Assembly: GCA_044892505.1 (NCBI GenBank)
Contig: CM097884.1
Span: 122,326,001 to 122,390,000, forward strand
DNA length: 64,000 nucleotides
Direction: 5' to 3'
Source of the DNA: Schmidtea nova
Lineage: Eukaryota
Part shown: in pieces, positions 52,065 through 64,000 of the stretch
Position numbering within the stretch: position 1 is the first letter of the stretch
Layout: every line of letters starts with the position of its first letter
Made by a program: the position numbers and the translations under genes
The notes under the pieces: generated by a model
What the model was told of the DNA's origin: nothing
Seen by the model: the letters and a program-made list of their open reading frames with translations, nothing else
Database searches by the model: none

Positions 52065-53374
52065 TTTTATTTTTTTCTGAGTAGCAACATATTATAATTT
52101 ATAATTTACAATCTCATAGATAATTTCTAATATTTTTATTTATTATTAAGATTTGGTTACGAATGTTATAAATTATGTAAAGGTATTAAAATTTTAAGTT
52201 CTTGCTGTTGTTCATTAACAATATTATTATCCAAACAATTATAATCATCCACATTTAGTAAAATCCTTTTTAATATAAAATCAAACTTGTGAGAAATTTA
52301 GTTAGATTTTTTTATGTTCAATTAGATTAAAAAGAAATATTTTATATTTCTAAAATTTTCAAAAAATAAAATTTGTAACCAATTCTAAATAATAAATTAA
52401 AATATTACTAACTATTTATGATATTTTACCCATGGAAATCTTGGCTTAATTTAAGATCTTGGTTATTTATTTTCCTCTACTTTGATCTTTTATTTAATTT
52501 TTTCAGACAATAGATCAAAATGTTTTAAATTTTTAATTTAAAATAATTAACTAACAATTTAATTAATTGAATAAAAGTATTTGAATAAGGAAAATACGAG
52601 GCCGAAAATTTTATGTAAATCGAAAACATTTTGAGTGATAAGTTAATCAAAAGTAGACATAATTTTTGTGTTCCTATTATAAAAAGGCAAAATCGTTGTT
52701 TTTAATATAGAAAATTTTAATGATGTTACCATCCTTCATTGTTGTAAGTGAGGCTGTCAGTGAGTTATACATTGTCGCTGATGCATAAGCACAAACAAAA
52801 ATCGGCATACATGCAAGTGCTGAAATAGTAACACATAGCACCAGCAGTCTGTAATTAAGGGCCGCAAAGACACTTAATACAGGAAGTTGGTGAGTAATAC
52901 TTTTTTATTAACTACTTATTTTTTTAAAATTTTATTTTTAACTATGTATTTAAGCTATCTATAAAAATTTAAGTTAAAAATTAAAATTTCACATTTGTTT
53001 TACGTTTTTCGATGTTTAGAGGCAGTATAGCTTCATTTTCTGCATTTCTAAAAATATTTTTATTAGATTTTTTAATATAATTGTAAAGTTACATTTCTCC
53101 TTGATGCTCTCCGATAAATGGTACTGTTGATTCCCACAAAGTTTCTGAAATATCTTCATAAATCAAGATGTTTTTAAATTTGAAAATTCTTTAATTAAAG
53201 TTTGTCACTTAAATTATGTCCATGTTTTTGTATTTTTTATTATAGGTTTTTGTGCGTTGAGTATGTGTGTTTTTGACCTAATTTATTTTTCTTCTATTCT
53301 ATAATAAAGGCCCATGATTTATGACTGTGCTTTTCATCCTTGTCCTTATCTGCAGTAGGTATGTATATTTTTTC

Positions 53375-53943
53375 GGCGACGCTCTGATATGGGTCACCCG
53401 ATTTTCAAAAAACTAATTAATTAAATTTAAATTAAAATCTATAATTAAATCAATATGCTANNNNNNNNNNNNNNNNNNNNNNNNNNNNNNNNNNNNNNNN
53501 NNNNNNNNNNNNNNNNNNNNNNNNNNNNNNNNNNNNNNNNNNNNNNNNNNNNNNNNNNNNNNNNNNNNNNNNNNNNNNNNNNNNNNNNNNNNNNNNNNNN
53601 NNNNNNNNNNNNNNNNNNNNNNNNNNNNNNNNNNNNNNNNNNNNNNNNNNNNNNNNNNNNNNNNNNNNNNNNNNNNNNNNNNNNNNNNNNNNNNNNNNNN
53701 NNNNNNNNNNNNNNNNNNNNNNNNNNNNNNNNNNNNNNNNNNNNNNNNNNNNNNNNNNNNNNNNNNNNNNNNNNNNNNNNNNNNNNNNNNNNNNNNNNNN
53801 NNNNNNNNNNNNNNNNNNNNNNNNNNNNNNNNNNNNNNNNNNNNNNNNNNNNNNNNNNNNNNNNNNNNNNNNNNNNNNNNNNNNNNNNNNNNNNNNNNNN
53901 NNNNNNNNNNTGAAAATCGGGTGACCCATATCAGAGCGTCGCC
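53375..53943. mobile_element. Merlin-like TIR element, interior mostly in a gap
   Basis: 33-bp perfect TIR GGCGACGCTCTGATATGGGTCACCCGATTTTCA and 8-bp TSD ATTTTTTC. A GGNRM start with an 8-bp TSD fits Merlin. Confidence 0.75.
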
Positions 53944-54182
53944 ATTTTTTCTATATATAATTTGATTTGTTATTATAGAATCCTTAATGATTGCCTGCCT
54001 GGGCCTTAATTTATGACCTTTGGTTTATGAATAAATGATTTGTTTTCACTTAATTGTTGTGAGTTTTTCTATTTTTGCAAATATCAATTAATTTCAATGT
54101 GTTTCAGTGAAATTTACCCGAAATATAAAATTATAATATACAAGAAACCAAATCCTAAACAAACTTCACAACGAAGCGAGTA

Positions 54183-54530
54183 CAGTAATCCCTCGTTTAT
54201 CGTGGTTAATCCATTCCAGACTCTACCGCGATAAGTGAATTTCCTTGAAAAAGGATTCTTTGTTAATAAAGTGAATATTTTCATAGTCAGAGCATAGGAA
54301 ACCTATTTACGACACTTTAAATAAAGATATAACATTCTGAACAGGAAAGGAAACCCATCTAGTCGCCATTGTACTAGTATATATAACAATATGTATCGAC
54401 GTGCATAATCCTCGAGAGCACTGTGGTGATCATGTCCTGTGATTGGAATATATACTTGATAAAAAATATTTGAAAAAATTTGCGAAGTGAAGCCGCGAAA
54501 TTCCAAGCGCGCAATGGCGAGGGATTACTG
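54183..54530. mobile_element. Tigger/pogo-type MITE
   Basis: TA|CAGTAATCCCTCG ... CGAGGGATTACTG (13-bp perfect TIR). The right-hand TA is mutated. Confidence 0.75.
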
Positions 54531-55980
54531 AATATGATTAAAAAGTAAAAATGAACTATAAAAATTACAATTCAATATTGTCAACAAATTCAATTTTACG
54601 GCGATTCAGCACGATTTAAACCGAGTCGGAAAATTCAATTAAAGGAAACCGTGATAATAAATACGGCTGTCAATGGGAAGGCATGGGACTTGATGCCAGC
54701 TTCCAATTAAGGAGGTCACCTAGGTGCGCAGATCTGTTTCGTGATGTGAAACATATTCCCCAATCAAATTGAAAACTCAATGGAATCGACTGTAGAAATT
54801 GATAATTAGATTTTCTTTTGTCACAAATTTATTGATTAAAGATTTTTTGTTGCTTTTAACAGTTTTTTTCGCTTTCTGGTAACGTAAAATAAAGAAAACA
54901 TCTGGCCTCTTTCGTTCTATGTAAGGAAATCCTAGTTTTGCCCATTTCAACATTAAGCACCTTGAAACATTGCTATTATTCACAATTTATTGATTCATTT
55001 CTCTTTTTAATCAAATATTTGTTCTGTGAATGTCTTAAATTGATTTTATTGTCTTATTTATGGCAGGGAGATTTTAAATGGATTTCTGTCGAGATTGCTA
55101 CTAATGAATGTTTTATTTTTATTTTTCTTATTCGGTTAAATATCCTGTTATCCAGTGCAAACCCCTTTCCCCGTGAACTGATCCAAAATGTCAGAAATCT
55201 AATTCAATACCTAATTTTTCAAACTGTTATGTTAAAGTGCAAATAATACAAAAAACTTTTTCTTTTATTAGATTATAGAAATTATTATTTATAAAATCTT
55301 TAGCTTTTTCGTTATTAATCTTTTCAGGCTATTGATTAGCATTTTGTTTTATATAAAACTTTTATAAAGGAAGTGCCGAAAATGAAGGCTAAAGTTACAA
55401 TGCATATTTCATCCTTTTGGTTGGGCAGTNNNNNNNNNNNNNNNNNNNNNNNNNNNNNNNNNNNNNNNNNNNNNNNNNNNNNNNNNNNNNNNNNNNNNNN
55501 NNNNNNNNNNNNNNNNNNNNNNNNNNNNNNNNNNNNNNNNNNNNNNNNNNNNNNNNNNNNNNNNNNNNNNNNNNNNNNNNNNNNNNNNNNNNNNNNNNNN
55601 NNNNNNNNNNNNNNNNNNNNNNNNNNNNNNNNNNNNNNNNNNNNNNNNNNNNNNNNNNNNNNNNNNNNNNNNNNNNNNNNNNNNNNNNNNNNNNNNNNNN
55701 NNNNNNNNNNNNNNNNNNNNNNNNNNNNNNNNNNNNNNNNNNNNNNNNNNNNNNNNNNNNNNNNNNNNNNNNNNNNNNNNNNNNNNNNNNNNNNNNNNNN
55801 NNNNNNNNNNNNNNNNNNNNNNNNNNNNNNNNNNNNNNNNNNNNNNNNNNNNNNNNNNNNNNNNNNNNNNNCACCTTTGATCTTTTTTTATTATTATTTT
55901 TATTAGATTATTATATTATTGATACTTAAAAATTAATTTAAATAAAATAAAAAATACAGAATTTTTAGGTCACGTTCACA

Positions 55981-56609
55981 CAGGGATACCATCTTCGAGA
56001 TTTAAATACGCGGAACAAAATCTGGCGTTGCTTGTTCAGATTCAGAATAACTGTTTGACATTTTTATTTGTAGCCTACAATATGGAAAACAATAAAATAT
56101 ATTTCTCAGTTTTTTAGAAGTATTAGTTTAAACTTACTTTGATATTATTTTCAATTCAATTATTCCATAAATTGAATATAAATAAAACATACAATTTACA
56201 CCAGACGAATGTACTTTAAATGTGCATTAATAATATTTAATTAAATTTTTACCTATTAAATGTTTACTTGAATACTTTTTTTATCATTTGTCTTTGACCA
56301 CAAGGACGAGAATGACGAACTGTCATCACAATTCAAAAGTCCCAGTAGGCAATTTGTACTGCACAAAATATCCCAACTCGTGAAATAAAAATCCAAATTA
56401 AAACAAACCCCACCAAACAAAATAAAGTGACAATTTTCGTTACAGGGCTTGTATATTTTTAATTCAGACGTGTAATTAATTTTGTTTTATGTGAAATTTT
56501 TTAAACTCGTTTTAGAGAGACGTGCGGGAAAATTAGTTTGCGTGTGGGACGCGGGAAATATCTTAGGTGTGTGGGACAATTACCTAGGGCGGGACAGATG
56601 GTAACCCTG
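55981..56609. mobile_element. hAT-type MITE with perfect 8-bp TSD
   Basis: CGTTCACA|CAGGGATACCATCT ... AGATGGTAACCCTG|CGTTCACA. Confidence 0.92.
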
Positions 56610-56689
56610 CGTTCACATGACTTTTTTGTGTAAGCTGTACAGATTTAAATTAATCTGGATTTATTTATTTATTATCCGCCCATCTTGCT

Positions 56690-56945
56690 GTCCAGTGCAT
56701 AGCTGGATGAAGTAAAAAGATATTTGTTGCGTCACGTGGATTTGGCTGTCTGTCACTTATGTGTATGCATGCAAGTCTCAAATCTGCTTATAGCATATTC
56801 AAATGGGAAATGGTGTAGAATGCCAGTAAAACCGATAAAAAGCATGCGAGAAACCGAAACCTTTACAAAACGAGTTGCAATCCCTCAGTTGATCTCGATC
56901 ATAACGTCAACCCAAACAAAGATATCTCCTCTAGACAATTGATTT
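56690..56945 (+). promoter_or_regulatory. Possible promoter / non-coding first exon of the Shaw gene
   Basis: GC-richer block with TGCGTCACGTGG (CRE-like/E-box overlap), ending at the donor-like TTT|GTAAGG. An acceptor lies at 57788 before the ATG exon. Confidence 0.3.
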
Positions 56946-57813
56946 GTAAGGGTTCTAATGTTTATAATAATTTAAGGGAACCAATCTGTAGGATAATGAA
57001 ATTTATTCCGCACATGAAAGAAGACGGTTTGTGTATAAAAATTAATTAAATTATATTTCGAATTTAAATTTTCTTTAATTCCAGTATGTTTATCACAATT
57101 TTTATCTTTAGAATTTTAAATCTTTACTATCTGCTTGGTAAATATTTTCAAAAATATTTCTATGGTGGAATGCTTATTACACATAAGGCTTAAAGGTGTA
57201 AATTAAGATTTAAAAAACGCTTGAAAAAAAGTGTCGAAAATTCGTATTCCAACAAAAATACTGTAATTTATTATTTTAAATAAAATGAAAATATCTGACA
57301 TTAACATATGAATGTTTCAGATGAATGATTATTTAAAAAATCATCTCTGAAAAAATTATAATTTTTTTTCGAAAGGTCCTTTGCGTTTTTGGAGAATAAA
57401 AAATTAAATACAATAAATTCTATAATAAATAAATTTTTTATTTAGTAAATATTTCCGGGCTTGTATAAACAATAATTTGTATATTATAAAAAATTAAATA
57501 AACAAAAATAAAATAAAGATTTGTCTCAATTCAAAAACAAATTGAATATAAAATTATTTATTTCTAATTTAAATAATAATTTTTATTTCTAAAAAAAGTA
57601 CTTTTGCTAAATTTTAATTGCATTTTACAAATGCGGGCATTAAAAATATTTAATAATGAATTTTAAACTTTTTAATTAAACTGCCAATGAAATAGCTTTC
57701 TTAATTAGGGGCATTTAAAATTCTACTAGTAAAATTCTGTTCATAAATGCTATTATTTTTTTTATATTTATTTATTTTTCATTGAAAGGACATTGACGAA
57801 CTAATGCTCAAAA

Positions 57814-58095
57814 ATGACTGATGCGGAAAATCGGGTTATACTCAATGTGGGCGGCATTCGACATGAAACGTACAAGGCAACATTGAAGAAAATCCCTGCG
57901 ACACGATTATCCAAATTAACTGAAGCTCTAGCAAATTACGATCCGATGTTAAATGAATATTTTTTCGACCGTCACCCAGGAGTATTTGCACAAATTTTGA
58001 ACTATTATCGTACTGGTAAATTGCATTATCCGACCGATGTTTGCGGCCCATTGTTTGAAGAGGAATTGGAATTTTGGGGCTTAGATTCCAATCAG
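57814..58095 (+). CDS. Shaw: Shaw/Kv3 (KCNC) voltage-gated potassium channel, first coding exon (T1 domain); remainder not in the window
   Basis: [90 protein letters not shown] is nearly the Drosophila Shaw N-terminus. Donor CAG|GTCAGT. Confidence 0.96.
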
Positions 58096-58434
58096 GTCAG
58101 TTGAATGAGTTTAATTAATTTTAATAGAAAAAATAATTTCTTATTGTGTTGGTGTTTTGTATTTGTTTAATAGAACTTAAGTCTCGCTAATGATCAGTGT
58201 TGAAAAAAAACAGGATTTCATTCAAAATCTTTTCTTTATTCACCGTTTATTGGCGCTAGATTGGTTGCATTTAATTAGTGAATAAATTGCCGTTTTCGTT
58301 TCTCACTAGAAATTTATTAAATTCTTTCAGTAAAATACTTCACAGAAATTTTCATTACTGAGAGTAAATAACAGATTTGGATATGCCGTATTGTAGTGCA
58401 TACAGGATCGACCCTATGATACGCCAGTAGAGAA

Positions 58435-58669
58435 TAGCTATCTATCTAGATAAAGCTAAATATCCCAGAAACGCATACCTCCCATATATTTTTGCATACC
58501 CCCCATAAAATCTTTTTTTTTGAAAATGATGTAATTTGGAAATATAAATTACGTTATTTTCTAAAGGTTATATTTATGGGAGGATATGTAAAAAAGATTA
58601 TGGGGGGTATTCTAAAAACATTATGGGAGTATGCTTTGCTGGGATATTTGGCTTGATCTAGAAAGCTAG
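58435..58669. mobile_element. Fold-back MITE with long imperfect TIRs, in the Shaw intron
   Basis: TCTAGATAAAGCTAAATATCCCAG...CATACCTCCCATA versus TATGGGAGTATGC...CTGGGATATTTGGCTTGATCTAGA. Confidence 0.55.
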
Positions 58670-58687
58670 ATATCCTATACTTTAGAT

Positions 58688-58850
58688 CATCGGTCGGGAA
58701 CCGGCGGCTCTGGAGCCGCATGCGGCTCTTAGCTTCAATATATAGCTTCAATATAGCTCGAATATGTCTGTGACTGCGGCTCTTAAATTTCATTTTTTTG
58801 AAAATTTTTGTTGATTTGACTCTTTACTTAAAAAAGGTTCCCGACCGCTG
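58688..58850. mobile_element. hAT (Charlie-like) MITE with perfect 8-bp TSD
   Basis: CTTTAGAT|CATCGGTCGGGAACC ... GGTTCCCGACCGCTG|CTTTAGAT. Confidence 0.92.
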
Positions 58851-59832
58851 CTTTAGATTAATGGTTTGCATTTTTATTGTTATTATTTACTATTACAATA
58901 TTTCCATTTTACATGTCTTGGTATTATCATAGCTTATCATGACGAACCGATGACTCGTTGTTATAAGTGTATAACCTGACAATACCGTTTAAATATCGCC
59001 TGCAGTTTGCGTACATTCTTAGAACATTTTTAATTCAAATAGCCAAATTATAAAGAATTATTTTAATAAACAAAATCTCAACGCGTTTTGTATGCGCTAA
59101 AATACAGTAGTTGGTTTACAATGTTGCCTTCGCGTTCAGACGTTTGGTATATTATATTTGTAATGCTTTCATTTCTTTGAATAATTATAACCGTTAAAAT
59201 TAAATAAAACAAAAGGGGTTTCACATAAACATTTTGAAAACCTTTTTAAATTTAACAGTTATCTGCGTTTGTTGATTTCATTTATAAAACCCTTCAATGA
59301 CACTTAAACATTTTTTTATCAGTAGTCGGATATTTTCTTTCTTAACTAAGAGGAAAATTAATTCTCATCACTAAATCCTTTTAAAAATGTTTTCATCGAA
59401 CTTACATTTTTCATAGAATTCTACCATCAAAGCCACTCAGTTGTCATCTACTGCTAATACATTTCGAGGACCTTCAGTAACCCTTACAAGCATTCTGGAA
59501 GCTAATATTACTCAAAACATTCATAATCGTACGTACATATTCATTGCCAATTAGAGTTCATGTCATTCCAAACATTTGCAAGAAACTCCTGGCATATTAT
59601 GAAATTTCTTTGAATAATGAGAGAGCAGTATATGGTCGTGTATCTTTTGATGTCACGTTTCTTTCATTTTGAGAAAAAAAACTATTGGTTAGTCTGTAAA
59701 TGTTTTCTATGAATAGTCTCTAAAGTCACGGTTCTCGCAAATACTATTGCGTGAATGATTTACTGTTCGTGAAACATGAATTAATAATTTAGGCTTTATC
59801 AATAATAATAATAATGATAATAATAATAATAA

Positions 59833-59863
<31 letters not shown>

Positions 59864-59871
59864 AATAGTAT

Positions 59872-60022
59872 AAAATGGTGATTCCTTGGTAGCAGCATTA
59901 AGTATTAAATTAATTAATAAATAAGTAACAAAATAAGCCTTTGTTGCAAAAATGATTTTCTCACTTAATAAAAGTATTTTTGCAGCAAAGACTTATTTTG
60001 TTACTTATTTATTAATTAATTT
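59872..60022. repeat. Family C fold-back (47-bp arms, 22-bp spacer, ~35-nt one-sided extension) between (AAT)n tracts
   Basis: Arms 59907-59953 and 59976-60022 differ at two positions. Confidence 0.8.
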
Positions 60023-60054
60023 AAAAATAATAATAATAATAATAATAATTAATA

Positions 60055-62350
60055 ATTAATAAAAAACATGGCAATGATTTAATGATTGAGAAACGCCAAA
60101 TAATTATATTTAACATAAACGCAATATATTTTGATAAATTAATAGTCCTCTTCAGACCAGCAACCAGGCTAATCAATAATAAAGAGAAAATACGAAATAT
60201 TTAAACAAATTAATAAATAATATTCATTCTCAAATTTTTTAAATAAATCTGTTCACATCAAATTTTCAAATTAATTTATTATATTAAGATATTTTTTTAA
60301 AAACAAAATTCTTTATCAATATTGAAAACACAAGCTATTTTTTAGAAACATAAAATTTACAAAATCAAAAATAATCAAAAAAATCAAAAAAACGTGGCAA
60401 TGATTTAATAATAGAAAAACGCCAACTCAGTAAATTCAACATAAACGCGATATATTTCGATTGTATAACAATCTTCGTCAGACAGCAATCAGGATAATCA
60501 ATAATAAAATAGAAAATATGCTAAATTTTAACAAATTAATTAATAATAATCATCTTCATACTATATCAAAATTTTAATTTAATAATTTAAAAATTTAATT
60601 TAATTTATTTTATTCTATTACATAAAATTTTTAAAAAAATTAATTATAAAACAAACAACATTTTACATAGAACAACATACATATTATTTTAAAATCAAAA
60701 CACAATTGACAGCATGCAACACTCAGTTACTTAAACACATTTAAAATATCCGTGGAATAAGCAACTTTAGTATTAAATTTTGGATTTAAATATCTACTCA
60801 ACAACGCCTCACTCGTTCTGTATAATGACTCATATTATTTGCACTAATTTTAAAATTATACATACCTATTTCTTTACTGACACATTTCCTAAAAAGATCA
60901 CTTATATTAGTCAACCCATTTAGTTGGCAATGCTCAAGAACTTAGGTGCAGAGATGACCGAAGTCTCTCCAATGTATGTGGCATTACACTCATTACATGA
61001 AAATTGATATACAAGCTCAGAATACAAACCGAATGACGCTGGACTTTTATTAGTCAACATACTGCTAACTTTAAAAGACGTGGAAATAATTCTAAATTCA
61101 TCGTTGTCTACATACTTGATATTGCGTTTTTTGATTTATTCATTCAACACAAGTCAAAACAATATGAGACTGAATTATATAGAAAGTCGACTGATACTAG
61201 TCTGTATACTACGCCTAAGACTTTTTGTGAATTTAAATATAAGAGGGAGTATGGTAAGAGGATTTTGTATTTTGTACTTGGTCACTATTTTCGTCACTAT
61301 TTCCGTTTGTTAATTTAATAAAAAGTATCGAGGCTTTGGTTGAGTTATTACTTAAAAATGACTACTCTAAATCATGTTTAGAGAAAATAACAAAAGTGAC
61401 TGTGGATAAGTTGATATTGAATTTTAATGATCTTGGTATGGTTGTTTCTGGATCTAACTTACCTATTGATTCTGATGAAAGTACTTTATTAGTTTTGGAT
61501 AGTGACAAAAATCGATATAATCGCACTAAGCCAAAACATGGGCTGATATTGCCCCTTTCCAGAGAGCTTCAGAGAATTTAAGCATAAGATTATCAAACAT
61601 TTAGACAAGGACCAATTTAGAATCGTTTCCGCTTCTTGTACAGTTAGCAGTATGATCACTAATAAATTCCAATATCATTTAATTTGTGTTCTGAACTCCA
61701 TTATATATATATATATATATATTTACATGTAATGGATGTAATTCCACATACATTGGAGAGACTGCCTATCATCTGTGCACCCGAGTTCTTAAACATTACC
61801 GACTAAATGGGTTGACTAATATTAGTGATAATTTTAAAAAATGTGTCACTAAAAATAGGTATCTCTGATTTTAAAATAATTGCAAAAAGTTTGAATAATT
61901 ATTGGGAACGAGTAAGGAACTAGTGATTAGATATTAAAATCCAAAAATTAATGCTTAAGTTGCCAGTTCTACGGTTATTTTGAATGTGTTTAAGTAAATG
62001 GTCGTTGCATATTGAGAATTGTTTTTGGTATAATGATGCTTCTTATTGAGAATATTATTCATTTCCTAAATTTTGTGTTTTCAATTATGATAAAAATTTT
62101 AACAAAAATATTTTTATATAATTAATTAATTTGAAAATTTTATGTGTAAAGATTTTTTTTAAAAATTGAATTTTGATACAATTTGAGGTTGATTATTATT
62201 GAATAATTTGTTTAAATATTACGTATTTTCTATTTATTATTGATTTTACTGATTGCTGGTCTAAAGAAGACTGTTAATTGGTCAAAATGTATTGCGTTTA
62301 TGTTGAATATAATTATTTGACGTTTCTCAATTGTTAAATCATTGCCATTT
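60055..62350. mobile_element. Composite PLE-A insertion: two tandem minus-strand 3' ends plus an inverted plus-strand RT-C-terminus/GIY-YIG arm
   Basis: Minus: A2 end 60055-60390, then A1 end + GIY-YIG 60390-61100. Plus from ~61101: IAFFDLFI...ETELYRKSTDTSLY...LLLKNDYSKS...LILP...YIGETAYHLCTRVL, then the A2 3' UTR. Confidence 0.88.
60446..60484 (-). ncRNA. Hammerhead motif (PLE-A1), stem I with G-U pairs
   Basis: Sense sequence TGTCTGACGAAGATTGTTATACAATCGAAATATATCGCG. Confidence 0.72.
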
Positions 62351-63059
62351 NNNNNNNNNNNNNNNNNNNNNNNNNNNNNNNNNNNNNNNNNNNNNNNNNN
62401 NNNNNNNNNNNNNNNNNNNNNNNNNNNNNNNNNNNNNNNNNNNNNNNNNNNNNNNNNNNNNNNNNNNNNNNNNNNNNNNNNNNNNNNNNNNNNNNNNNNN
62501 NNNNNNNNNNNNNNNNNNNNNNNNNNNNNNNNNNNNNNNNNNNNNNNNNNNNNNNNNNNNNNTGTCTAAATTTCAGAATTGATATAATGTATCAATTGGA
62601 TAAAAATATTGTTTCGAATAATGTAAAATTTATACAGACAGCTCTTTTATAAATTTACTTTTCTACGTACATTTTAATGCCAAGTCTATTTTTTCTATCG
62701 TTTTTGATACATAGAAAAATGAAAACAAATCTTTACATAAATATAATTTGTCAAAAATTTAAATCTAACATGGCAGTAGCCCATATTTAGTTAACAGACT
62801 ATACATAATAGGCCAATTTGTCTTTTTTATATTACCGATGGAAGTAGCAACCCGGACACAGTCTCTTCTTTATGTTCATGAACTGTTACAATAATTTATG
62901 TTTAGTTAATAATGAAAAATATAACTTTTCATTAAAATCTTTAACAACTCTTCGATTTAGTTTCTAACTTAAATATTTTTTAAAAATCAATATTTTAATT
63001 TTTTTTAATAAATATCTTTTATTATATTTTCTATTTCCATCTAATTTATCTTTAGTCAA

Positions 63060-63551
63060 ATTAATTAGTCAAATTGCTTCTGGGTTTTCCTTAAAAATAA
63101 TTAAATCACTTTGTTTATTCCTCGGATTCTTCTTATTTCTCGTATTTTTGTTTTTATCATGGAATTTCCTGGTCACTTTGGTTCTCCCTTAATTTCGGGG
63201 TTTTCTTACACTTAATTTGTTTGGGATAATCAAATTTATTTGTTGACCAATTGGGTGTCTCACACTGCTTGGGTTTTCCATTAAGTAATTAATTTTTAAT
63301 TAATTTCTTTTTTCCTAATATTTTTTTCCAAAGACTCCCTTTTTATTTCATATTTTTATTTTTGGATTCATCTCATAATTCAACATCCACCCACAATAGT
63401 CTACCCGCAAAATATTAATCTTTAATTGTCCAAATTGTAAATTAATTTTGTACTTTAATAATAACATTTTTAATTTTCATATTTTTATTGATTTGCAATT
63501 AGTTTTTGTCCTTTTTATTTTGTTTCGTGCTTGTTCAGACAAACCCCAACA
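63060..63551 (-). repeat. Copy of the solo-LTR-like family
   Basis: Minus strand starts TGTTGGGGTTTGTCTGAACAAGCACGAAACAAAAT. Confidence 0.55.
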
Positions 63552-64000
63552 GACTCTATGACCAGACCCAAGCATAATATCACATCTCGGCTACTAAATC
63601 ACATCCAATATCACAATTTTTGAACCACTATCCTCATATCGATATAAATACATTTGATATATCACATACTAGGCGTAGTAACAACTTATGTCAATCCTGT
63701 ATTAACCATAGGTATGTGCACAGTTAAAGTTTGTAATCACACGCGATGACGGTAATTATTCAATTAAATTCAAATCGTTATTTTGGTTTCGGTTATCCAA
63801 CGCAATTTCAATATATCTTTTATCAAAATAAATAACTTCTTCATTAGCTTTCGGTTTTTATTTCTCTAAATAATTAACTAAAAATAATTTGTTTAAAAAT
63901 AGTTTTAACAATTTTTGTTAAATATCATATCAATTTCAATTGTAATTTAAATTAATACTACTAATTTTAATACTAATTTTAATTAATTAACATGCAATTT

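Noticed and set aside
3033-62582. ORF-track entries made of X runs or poly-I/L/Y
   Set aside because: They arise from N gaps and (AAT)n/(TA)n microsatellites.

Overview
Very AT-rich animal genomic DNA with many N gaps. The composition, (AAT)n tracts and transposon spectrum suggest a planarian-like genome, but the species is an inference. Only one intact host coding exon is recognisable: the T1-domain exon of a Shaw/Kv3 potassium channel (57814-58095). There is also a degenerate NR2-type nuclear receptor ORF. The rest is mostly transposon-derived: a pogo element with an inverted partial copy, an internally deleted hAT, several MITEs with intact TSDs, a Merlin-like element, a non-autonomous Helitron, Gypsy and Polinton remnants and solo-LTR-like repeats. 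The main signal is at least two Penelope-like element (PLE) families. Their 3' ends carry minimal hammerhead ribozyme motifs, one of them a U3-A8 core variant. They recur as head-to-head fold-backs anchored in (AAT)n/(ATT)n microsatellites, and some have shrunk to ribozyme-centred units of about 120 nt. A separate unexplained segment (about 20.8-22.8 kb) holds orphan ORFs and a four-unit hairpin/spacer array.
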